Below, in pieces: positions 25,631 to 34,466 of a stretch of 64,000 nucleotides of DNA. This DNA comes from an uncultured virus (IMG/VR IMGVR_UViG_3300044617_000992). Taxonomy: Duplodnaviria; Heunggongvirae; Uroviricota; Caudoviricetes. The stretch is from the IMG/VR virus record IMGVR_UViG_3300044617_000992, one strand, 5' to 3'. A program made the position numbers and the translations under genes. The number at the start of each line of letters is the position of its first letter. Position 1 is the first letter of the stretch. The notes below the pieces were generated by a model. It was not told the DNA's origin, made no database searches, and saw nothing but the letters and a program-made list of their open reading frames with translations.

Positions 25631-28600
25631 TTAACCAATCACCATTATATGGATTTGGCTAGTATTTTGATATGCATTATTAAATACATCCCGAGTGCGG
25701 AATCTAAACCCAGTAGTGGATTTATCAGTTATATCTGTGACTATATGATCTCCATCACTTCCACAAGTACCAACCACCGCATAATTACTATTAGGAAGTG
25801 GTGTAGAAGCGGAAAATGTGACTGTATAATCTCCATTACCATTTCTAGAGACACTTGCTATATTTCCGGAACCAGTACGGACAGGGGTGGTAGTTCCACT
25901 TGTAATATAAGCCCAAGCTCTTATTCCATAAATCGGGCACGCAGCATTGGTTTGACCACCACTAAGTTTAGGAGCAGTTATACTACCATTTGATATTTTC
26001 GCAGTCGTGACTGCATCGTTTTCTATTTTGTTAGTTGTGACTGCTCCGTCTGCTAATAAGTGAGTATGACTCGTAGAAGTGACCGAGTTAGTAGAAGTAC
26101 TTGTGATATTACTTGGAGTTCCAACTGCAAATGTAACGTTGCCACTGTTATTAAATGTTCCTCCGGTTAATCCATTTCCGGCAGTTACTCCATTTGCCAA
26201 ACTTCCAGTTAATCCAGTGGCAGTTATGGATCCACTAAAAGTCAATACATTATTAGAAGGATTGTCGATTGTAAATGTAGTACTCGCATCAGTTACAGTA
26301 TGGAATTCGATTCTTCTACCTATATTTAAAGATCCTTGACCTCCGACCACAGGAATTCTATTGAACCAAGGAGATGCATTGGTAGCATTAAATCCGTCCA
26401 CTAGGTCTACGTTCAGATTAGAAACTAGTATATTCGAAGAGACTGCTAAAGGAGCTTGAGTAGTTGTAAGTGAAATTAACCTAGCATTTGTTGTTAAATC
26501 ATTAGTAAATAATCCTTTCCCACCTACGTGCAATTTATATGAAGTGTCTATACTACCTACATTAACTCCGAGTGCTTTTGGAATATATGTAAATTGAGAT
26601 TCATCAAGCAAAATTAACTCATGAGCTTTTGTTTGTCCAATATATTGTCTTACATAAATTGGTTCAGTTCCATTATCCCCAGTCAAAATCTCCAGATATG
26701 CGGACTCAGGTGCAGTTTCTCCACCTCGAACTCTTATATAATCAGATCCGAAAGTATCATAAAGTTCTTTGGCAGTATTTACAGTTGTTGTTGGATCTGC
26801 ATCTTGTCCTCTTGGTCCTTGAATACCTTGTCTACCTTGAATGCCTTGAATTCCTTGATTGCCTTGATCACCTTTAAATCCTTGAACACCTTGATTGCTT
26901 ATACCTTGAATACCTTGTGTCCCGAAGAACCCCTGAATTCCCTGTCTACCCTGAATGCCTTGAATTCCTTGGTTTCCAGTTCCAGATTGTCCTTGAATAC
27001 CCTGATTTCCACGGGATCCCTGAACTCCTTGAGGTCCTAAATCTCCAGTTCCAGTTAATCCTTGAATACCTTGATTTCCACGGGATCCCTGAACTCCTTG
27101 AGGTCCTAAAGCTCCAGTTCCAGTTAATCCTTGAATTCCCTGATTTCCACGGAATCCCTGAATTCCTTGAGGTCCTGCAACATCACTATCTTGACCTGCC
27201 CTACCTTGGATTCCTTGGATGCCCTGGATACCTTGACTAGTTCCAGCTGTACCCTGAATACCTTGAGAACCAGATCCAGATTGTCCTTGAACTCCTTGTC
27301 TTCCTTGAGTTCCTTGTGGGCCTTGAATGCCTTGGTTTCCAGTTCCAGACTGTCCTTGAACTCCTTGTCTTCCTTGAGTTCCTTCAGAACCTTGAATTCC
27401 TTGAATTCCTTGGTTTCCAGTTCCAGATTGACCTTGAACTCCTTGTCTTCCTTGAGTTCCCTGAGTACCTTGAGTGCCTTGAGTACCTTGAATACCTCTA
27501 AAACCATCTGATCCTTGAATTCCTTGAGCACCTTGAATTCCTTGAGTACCTTGAATTCCTTGAGAACCAGAACCAGATTGTCCCTGAACCCCCTGAATTC
27601 CCTGTCTACCCTGAATACCTTGAATTCCTTGAGAACCAGATCCAGATTGTCCTTGAACTCCTTGTCTTCCTTGAGTTCCCTGAATTCCTTGAGGACCTTG
27701 AATTCCTTGAATACCTTGGATGCCTTGTGGACCACGAATATTTCCTGCATTAGTCCACCCACTACTTCCATCGGATACCCATAAATTTCCAGTATTACTA
27801 TCAATTACACTATCACCAAGACTTGCAGAGGGGAATGCAGCATTTAACTCAGTAATTTCACTTCCAGGAGTTAATGCTAATGTTCCTACAATATTAATTG
27901 AAGTGCCATCATCACCTTTAGTTCCCTGAATTCCTTGAATACCTTGTATTCCTTGTATTCCTTGTATTCCTTGAGTACCTTGAATTCCTTGGATACCTTG
28001 ATTTCCTGAACCAGTTTGTCCTTGAATTCCCTGTCTACCTTGACTGCCTTGAATACCTTGAGTACCTTGAGTTCCACTGAATCCAACTGCACCTTGAACT
28101 CCCTGAGTTCCTTGAGTTCCTTGCGTTCCCTGAATACCTTGTGATCCTATAGCTCCTACTGGACCATCAATTCCTTGAATTCCTTGAATTCCTTGTCTTC
28201 CTTGAGAACCTGTAGTTCCTTGAGTTCCTTGAGTTCCTTGAGTTCCTTGATTTCCTAACTGACCTTGAATTCCTTGAGTTCCTTGAGATCCAGCATCTCC
28301 AGTTGATCCTATAGTTCCTTGAGTACCTTGAGTTCCTTGAATTCCTTGAATTCCTTGGATACCTTGGGAACCTGTAGTTCCTTGAATTCCTTGTCTTCCT
28401 TGAGTGCCTTGAGTACCTTGAGTACCTTGAGGTCCTTCAGAACCAATCTCTCCAGATAATCCTTGAGTACCTTGGGTGCCTTGAACTCCTTGCCTTCCTT
28501 GAGTTCCTTGAACTCCTTGAACTCCTTGAATTCCTTGAGAACCTTCGGTGCCTTGAGCACCTTGAATTCCTTGAATTCCTTGATTTCCTAATTGACCTTG

Positions 28601-29590
28601 AATTCCTTGAGTTCCTTGAGAACCTTCGGTGCCTTGAGTACCTTGAGTACCTTGAGTACCTTGAATTCCTTGAATTCCTTGAGTACCTTGAATTCCTTGG
28701 ATACCTTGAATTCCTTGGATACCTTGATTTCCTAATTGACCTTGAATTCCTTGAGTGCCTTGAGTACCTTGAGTACCTTGAGTGCCTTGATTTCCTAATT
28801 GACCTTGAATTCCTTGTCTTCCTTGAACTCCCTGAATTCCTTGGATACCTTGCGAACCTGTAGTTCCTTGAACACCTTGTCTTCCTTGAATTCCCTGAAG
28901 TCCTTGGAGACCTGTTTCTCCTAGAGCAGTAGACCAAGTTACACCTAATCCAGGGCCTAATGATTTTAAGTATCTATCTTGAGATATAGGTCCTAAGTTT
29001 CCATAACTATCTACTAAATCCCCTCCAATTTTCAGGGTAGTTCCATATCCAATATCTAAATTATATTGTGGTTGAGTAGATCCTATACCAAGATTTCCTG
29101 TACTTGGAATAAATACCAAGTTTTCTGAAGAAATATCCAGAATTGTTGTGATTCCAGTAGCAGTTATACTTGTAAATCCAATATATCTTGGGGAAGAATC
29201 TGTTGGTTCATTAATATAAAGGGAAGTATCTCCAACATATATTGTCGCAATTCCAATTCCAGGTTCTACAACTCCAGTTACACTGACCCCACGACCAACA
29301 AAGTTTAACTGAGTAATAGATCCAATTCCAGCAAGTCCACCAATAATTTCACCTTCATCACGAACTGTAATTCCGAGTTCAATTTGTCCTGGCGGAATAG
29401 TGACCCAATATCTTTCTCCTGGATATCCATCAACGGATACCAGCATATATTGAGGACCGATTGGAAGTTCATCTCCAGGAGGATCACCCAAATTAGGCTC
29501 AGCTTGATTTAACCCCAGAAACTGATATCTATCAGGAGTTAATCTTGATTGAGGTGTTCTTACAACTCTTCTGCTTAAATACTTTGCCAT
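25631..29590 (-). CDS. long collagen-like tail fibre protein
   Basis: several hundred residues of G-X-Q triplets; C-terminal fibre-tip modules. Confidence 0.85.
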   Translation of the reverse strand: MAKYLSRRVVRTPQSRLTPDRYQFLGLNQAEPNLGDPPGDELPIGPQYMLVSVDGYPGERYWVTIPPGQIELGITVRDEGEIIGGLAGIGSITQLNFVGRGVSVTGVVEPGIGIATIYVGDTSLYINEPTDSSPRYIGFTSITATGITTILDISSENLVFIPSTGNLGIGSTQPQYNLDIGYGTTLKIGGDLVDSYGNLGPISQDRYLKSLGPGLGVTWSTALGETGLQGLQGIQGRQGVQGTTGSQGIQGIQGVQGRQGIQGQLGNQGTQGTQGTQGTQGIQGQLGNQGIQGIQGIQGIQGTQGIQGIQGTQGTQGTQGTEGSQGTQGIQGQLGNQGIQGIQGAQGTEGSQGIQGVQGVQGTQGRQGVQGTQGTQGLSGEIGSEGPQGTQGTQGTQGRQGIQGTTGSQGIQGIQGIQGTQGTQGTIGSTGDAGSQGTQGIQGQLGNQGTQGTQGTQGTTGSQGRQGIQGIQGIDGPVGAIGSQGIQGTQGTQGTQGVQGAVGFSGTQGTQGIQGSQGRQGIQGQTGSGNQGIQGIQGTQGIQGIQGIQGIQGIQGTKGDDGTSINIVGTLALTPGSEITELNAAFPSASLGDSVIDSNTGNLWVSDGSSGWTNAGNIRGPQGIQGIQGIQGPQGIQGTQGRQGVQGQSGSGSQGIQGIQGRQGIQGVQGQSGSGSQGIQGTQGIQGAQGIQGSDGFRGIQGTQGTQGTQGTQGRQGVQGQSGTGNQGIQGIQGSEGTQGRQGVQGQSGTGNQGIQGPQGTQGRQGVQGQSGSGSQGIQGTAGTSQGIQGIQGIQGRAGQDSDVAGPQGIQGFRGNQGIQGLTGTGALGPQGVQGSRGNQGIQGLTGTGDLGPQGVQGSRGNQGIQGQSGTGNQGIQGIQGRQGIQGFFGTQGIQGISNQGVQGFKGDQGNQGIQGIQGRQGIQGPRGQDADPTTTVNTAKELYDTFGSDYIRVRGGETAPESAYLEILTGDNGTEPIYVRQYIGQTKAHELILLDESQFTYIPKALGVNVGSIDTSYKLHVGGKGLFTNDLTTNARLISLTTTQAPLAVSSNILVSNLNVDLVDGFNATNASPWFNRIPVVGGQGSLNIGRRIEFHTVTDASTTFTIDNPSNNVLTFSGSITATGLTGSLANGVTAGNGLTGGTFNNSGNVTFAVGTPSNITSTSTNSVTSTSHTHLLADGAVTTNKIENDAVTTAKISNGSITAPKLSGGQTNAACPIYGIRAWAYITSGTTTPVRTGSGNIASVSRNGNGDYTVTFSASTPLPNSNYAVVGTCGSDGDHIVTDITDKSTTGFRFRTRDVFNNAYQNTSQIHIMVIG
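26812..28920 (-). repeat. collagen-like Gly-X-Gln repeats with one non-collagen insert
   Basis: CAAGGAATT/CAAGGTACT units; interruption ~27735-27900. Confidence 0.9.
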
Positions 29591-29632
29591 AGTTGGGTTC
29601 CACTATCCCCCTTTAAGATTATTTATTATTAA

Positions 29633-30013
29633 TTATTGATTGAGAGTTTCTAATAAAGAAACTGTATATTTCAAATGATTTGGATTTGAAGTTGAAATTC
29701 CTGATAATCTAATGCTATCAGTTTTTAAAGCAGTTCTTTCCAATACTAATCTTCCATCCAACATAATTAAGGCATCGTTTGGAGGAACTGGAGTTTGGAA
29801 TAAGATTTCACTTTGACTTGTAGTAACTCCAGCCTGACTTCTAGTTTCTCTTTGATGATAGAAAGAAACCGTGCCTACCCCAACTCCAGTGTTGGCAACT
29901 TGGGCATAGAGAACAATTGTAGTATATCCAGTTCTAGTTCTGTAAATTTCTTCTGCGGAAGTACTTACAATACCAGTAATAGTTTTATATTGATTTAAAG
30001 GTTGTTGTGCCAT
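29633..30013 (-). CDS. virion structural protein
   Basis: 126-aa beta-rich protein in late fibre operon. Confidence 0.7.
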   Translation of the reverse strand: MAQQPLNQYKTITGIVSTSAEEIYRTRTGYTTIVLYAQVANTGVGVGTVSFYHQRETRSQAGVTTSQSEILFQTPVPPNDALIMLDGRLVLERTALKTDSIRLSGISTSNPNHLKYTVSLLETLNQ

Positions 30014-30019
30014 GGTTTT

Positions 30020-33000
30020 TTATTGTTGTAATGCAATAATTAATGGAGTAACTTCTGCCTGAAGGCTCTTGCTAAATGCTTGACCACTAATAGTTCCAGT
30101 ATTTTGATTAATCGTAATACCTTCACTGATTCTAAAATCACCACTTTGATCAGTGCTTGTGAATGGAACTTTTCCTCCATTAGTAGCAACTACCTGATTT
30201 TCATCAATTGGAACTGCTCCTTTTGATGGAATAGCATTTACAATATTTATACCAGTACCGATGTATTCAAATGTGATGCTACTTGCAATGATTTTACTTG
30301 ATTGATAGAAGTACACTGTATCACCAACTCCGACAAGTGGAGAGTATGTAATAAATTCATCAAAGGTAACTGTGGTAGTTCCTCCAACAGAAACAGGAGT
30401 TGACGATACTGGATTGAAGAAATATTTTTCCATTACAGCAACTGCTTCTGCTTGAGTTCCTCCTTCCCCAGGAGGGTCAATTATAACTGAAACTCCGTAT
30501 CCTGCATAACCAGTTCCAGAAACCAAGATTTCTACACTTGCGATAGTCCCGTCTTCATTAATATTATTTTCAAATATTGCTGCTTCTGCTGGAATGAATA
30601 ACTCAGAATTTTCGGGAAGATCTACAGTAACATTAACTGGAATTGTTGGGTCATATCCAGATCCTGGATTAGTAACTTCAATTCTAGATACAAAATAATA
30701 TTGAGTATCAATAACTGCAATCTGTCCATCATAGGGTCTTTGTCCCTTTGGAAGTATTTGTGCTGGAACAGCAGTTGTTCCAATTCCAATAATACTAGTG
30801 ATGATTCCGGCACGAGATTCAATGAAGGAATCTATTTGCGCTGATGTTGTAATTCCAGTTAATTTAACTTGAGGGAAAGAACCAACACCAGTCTGATAAG
30901 ATGTTGGAACATCTTCGTTTCTTACGATATAATATGATAAGTCAACAATTTTTTCAATAGCAGCAATTTCTGATTTCTTAACGTAACCAGTAGATAGTCC
31001 TGTTGGGGGAGGGGAAGTTTCATTCAAATATGTTAATGATCCATCCTCCGAATCACGATATGCTAATCCAGCATCTATTGAGTTTAAATTGCCCAATGTT
31101 AAAATATCAGAGCATATCTGTTCTACTATAATCTTACTATCTCTTCTGCAGATTTCTCTTCCCTTTTCGGGTCCTATTGGTCCATAATCAAATACTGTTC
31201 CAGCAGCACCAAATGGACCATCTGATGAAATAATAAATCCAACAACTTCAGAAGCAATAAAATCTTTATTTGCTCTTAAAATTGTAACTGAATCTTTAAA
31301 TTCTTGAGATGCACCAACTCCAACATTAATAACTAAACTATCGACGTTATCCCCTTCCGGATCAGAAACAATCTCTCCAGTATATTGGAGTGGGGTTGCA
31401 CCATTGGATACTAAACCAAAGTTTCCAAATGAGGAGTTGGAGTTATTGAGGTCACAAACACCACCAGTATCACAGAAAACTGCAGTATCACAGCAAATTG
31501 TAAATAGTGAAACTAACTGGGCATATCCAAAGTTTGTAATTGATACTCCGATACCACCTTGATTATATTGCGTATAAGCATCCAGAACCATTGACTTGAA
31601 ACCACCTGCCCTGGTTCCATCAATTCTCATTCCAATGCTATCTGGAACAAAGTTAGTGCAGTTTTGGACGTAAGGTGACTGCCAATTTTCCTCAGTTCCA
31701 TCAGCATATCCATACCCTCTCGTTGGGAAGGACACCATTGCTTTTCCTGGATTGCTTGGTCCAACAAAAGATAGTTGAGCAACGTAACAACCTCTCTTAA
31801 CATAGAATAAATCAGTCAAATCTCTAGTTGTAACAAGAGTTCTTCTTAAATCTTCTCCAACTACGGCAACTCTTTCATTGAGTGAGATTGGAGCATCTTC
31901 AATATAAAGACCTGCAAATACTTTAATTGTGTCGCCAGGTTGTGCTATAGATGCTGCTTTTTTAATAGTAAGGAAAGCATCTCCTGGACCAGTTCCTCCA
32001 TTTCCATCATCTCCTAATTTATTAACAAACCATTCATTTCCAATTCTTGGTCCTGGTGGTTGCCATACCAACTCCCCAGAAGGATAGTTGGTAGTAATTC
32101 CTGACGCAGTATATCCAACTCCAATAATTGTGGTAACAATACCAACAGCACTATGAATTGCTGATAATACATTCGCACAACCAAGAATGTTTGTATTTGA
32201 ATCTCCGTCTGCAACAATTTCTAGGTCAATTAATTGTGATACACTTGAGATGCCAGATTGATATGATACTGGAGGTCTGGAATTATTAATTACATACTGT
32301 GCTAAAGTTGCAATTGAACTAATTCCAGCAAGAGTTGCATACTTTACGTATCCACCTGGATAAGATTCCAGACCAGTTGGTGCTGGAGAACTACTTTCTA
32401 GATAATTGCCCAAAGAGTATGAAATGCCTGCACCAACAGACTTTGAGTTTCCTCCTTTTGTGATATCAAATGCGATAGCATCAATAATTAGTCCAATATC
32501 TCTCTTACACTTTTCTCTACCAGTTGTAACTCCAACTGGACCATAATCAAAATTGGGACCATATGCTCCAAATAAACCATCAGTGGAGGTGATAAAACCA
32601 ACAATTTCTTCGGCAATAAATTCCTTATTGCGAATTAAAAGATTTGCTCCATCAATAAATCTGCCAGTAATTCCAATAGCACCAGCAGAAGCAAGTACTG
32701 AATAAGCAAATCCAACTTGATTATTTGAATCAATAACTTCACCACGAACTCTTAAATCACCAGCAACATCAAGAGTTCTTGTTGGTTCTGTGGTATTGAT
32801 ACCTACTATAGGATTAATTTCCTTAATTTCATTTCCATCTAAATCAGTAACTGTGGTGATACCGAATCCACGAACCTTAACTAATGTTGCTCCAATTCCA
32901 ACATCTAGTTTTGCGGTTGTTGTAATTCCAGTTACTAAAAGATTTTCTATTTCAGAATCTAATACATTCTCTCTTGTAATTGAGGCAATTCCAATGGTGG

Positions 33001-34417
33001 AGAACCCTACTACTTCGTTAGTGATACTAGCAACACCTATAGTAGAAAATCCTACTACTTCACGGGTAATACTAGCAACACCTATGGTGGAGAACCCTAC
33101 TACTTCGTTAGTGATACTAGCAACACCTATAGTAGAAAATCCTACTACTTCGTTAGTGATACTAGCAACACCTATAGTAGAAAATCCTACTACTTCACGG
33201 GTAATACTAGCAACACCTATGGTGGAGAACCCTACTACTTCATTAGTAATTGATGCAACACCTATGGTGGAGAACCCTACTACTTCATTAGTGATACTAG
33301 CAACTCCAATCGTGGAGAAACCTACTACCTCAGAAGTAATAGATGCTACTCCAATAGTAGAGAACCCTACAACTTCATTAGTAATTGATGCAACACCTAT
33401 GGTGGAGAACCCTACTACCTCAGAAGTAATAGATGCTACTCCAATAGTAGAGAACCCTACAACTTCTGTTGTGATTGATGCAACACCTATAGTCGAGAAC
33501 CCTACTACTTCACTGGTAATGCTAGCAACACCAATAGTAGAAAATCCTACTACTTCCGAAGTAATACTAGCAACACCTATAGTAGAAAATCCTACTACTT
33601 CTGTTGTGATTGATGCAACACCTATAGTCGAGAACCCTACGACTTCACTGGTAATACTAGCAACACCTATAGTAGAAAATCCTACTACTTCACGGGTAAT
33701 AGACGCTACTCCAATTGTGGAGAACCCTACGACTTCACTGGTAATACTAGCAACACCTATAGTGGAAAATCCTACTACTTCTGATCCAATGGTTGCTACT
33801 CCAATTGTAGATACACCAACATACTCTGTTGTAATAGTAGCAAATCCAGATACTCTTATATTTTCAGCAATATCTAAATTATATTCTGGATTGAGTTCAT
33901 TAATACCAATAAATCCAGAGGAATTAATTACAATATCATATCCACCACCTTCTGGTTGATATCTTAAATCATATTCACCAGGATCAGTAAATCGGATACC
34001 AATTTTTCCCCCAGTAGTAATCGCAACTGGGTTTGAATCTGATGGATTGACTTGAAATGCTTGTTCCGGATTTATGGTTCCTATACCAAATGAACCCAAT
34101 CCAGTTATAACAACTGGATTTTCATCTGATGGATTAACTTGGAATATTTGCTCTGGGTTAGTTGTTCCAATACCGATGGTATATGCTATACCAACTCCCC
34201 TAACATCAAGTCTCTGATATGGAATTGTTGTTCCAATACCAACATTATTATCAACTAAAACATCAGCATCACCATAGATTGTGCCATATACATCTAATGT
34301 ATAGTCACCAGAAGTTGCTCCAATTGCAACTTGCTTAAATTCAGCATCTGCGTATAAAGTATTTGTCCCTACTCCTAGACCTGTTTTTACCTTAAAAAAA
34401 CTATCTTGTGATGCCAT
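30020..34417 (-). CDS. large virion fibre/spike protein (beta-helix, 15-aa repeats, two CxRD helical domains)
   Basis: FLTIKKAASIAQPGDTIKVFAGLY pectin-lyase-like start; SPYVQNC; tandem repeats. Confidence 0.8.
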   Translation of the reverse strand: MASQDSFFKVKTGLGVGTNTLYADAEFKQVAIGATSGDYTLDVYGTIYGDADVLVDNNVGIGTTIPYQRLDVRGVGIAYTIGIGTTNPEQIFQVNPSDENPVVITGLGSFGIGTINPEQAFQVNPSDSNPVAITTGGKIGIRFTDPGEYDLRYQPEGGGYDIVINSSGFIGINELNPEYNLDIAENIRVSGFATITTEYVGVSTIGVATIGSEVVGFSTIGVASITSEVVGFSTIGVASITREVVGFSTIGVASITSEVVGFSTIGVASITTEVVGFSTIGVASITSEVVGFSTIGVASITSEVVGFSTIGVASITTEVVGFSTIGVASITSEVVGFSTIGVASITNEVVGFSTIGVASITSEVVGFSTIGVASITNEVVGFSTIGVASITNEVVGFSTIGVASITREVVGFSTIGVASITNEVVGFSTIGVASITNEVVGFSTIGVASITREVVGFSTIGVASITNEVVGFSTIGIASITRENVLDSEIENLLVTGITTTAKLDVGIGATLVKVRGFGITTVTDLDGNEIKEINPIVGINTTEPTRTLDVAGDLRVRGEVIDSNNQVGFAYSVLASAGAIGITGRFIDGANLLIRNKEFIAEEIVGFITSTDGLFGAYGPNFDYGPVGVTTGREKCKRDIGLIIDAIAFDITKGGNSKSVGAGISYSLGNYLESSSPAPTGLESYPGGYVKYATLAGISSIATLAQYVINNSRPPVSYQSGISSVSQLIDLEIVADGDSNTNILGCANVLSAIHSAVGIVTTIIGVGYTASGITTNYPSGELVWQPPGPRIGNEWFVNKLGDDGNGGTGPGDAFLTIKKAASIAQPGDTIKVFAGLYIEDAPISLNERVAVVGEDLRRTLVTTRDLTDLFYVKRGCYVAQLSFVGPSNPGKAMVSFPTRGYGYADGTEENWQSPYVQNCTNFVPDSIGMRIDGTRAGGFKSMVLDAYTQYNQGGIGVSITNFGYAQLVSLFTICCDTAVFCDTGGVCDLNNSNSSFGNFGLVSNGATPLQYTGEIVSDPEGDNVDSLVINVGVGASQEFKDSVTILRANKDFIASEVVGFIISSDGPFGAAGTVFDYGPIGPEKGREICRRDSKIIVEQICSDILTLGNLNSIDAGLAYRDSEDGSLTYLNETSPPPTGLSTGYVKKSEIAAIEKIVDLSYYIVRNEDVPTSYQTGVGSFPQVKLTGITTSAQIDSFIESRAGIITSIIGIGTTAVPAQILPKGQRPYDGQIAVIDTQYYFVSRIEVTNPGSGYDPTIPVNVTVDLPENSELFIPAEAAIFENNINEDGTIASVEILVSGTGYAGYGVSVIIDPPGEGGTQAEAVAVMEKYFFNPVSSTPVSVGGTTTVTFDEFITYSPLVGVGDTVYFYQSSKIIASSITFEYIGTGINIVNAIPSKGAVPIDENQVVATNGGKVPFTSTDQSGDFRISEGITINQNTGTISGQAFSKSLQAEVTPLIIALQQ
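32975..33784 (-). repeat. 18 x 45-bp tandem repeat encoding xEVVGFSTIGVASIT
   Basis: units counted directly in the translation. Confidence 0.95.
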
Positions 34418-34466
34418 TGGGTTCCACTATCCCCCTGTCTATAAAGTTATTTATTAGATAATGTAA

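Noticed and set aside
32975..33784. Possible CRISPR array
   Set aside because: No unique spacers; in-frame coding repeat with synonymous variation; no cas operon.
32790..33959. 389-aa plus-strand ORF
   Set aside because: Antisense shadow of the 45-bp repeat array; no promoter or SD seen.
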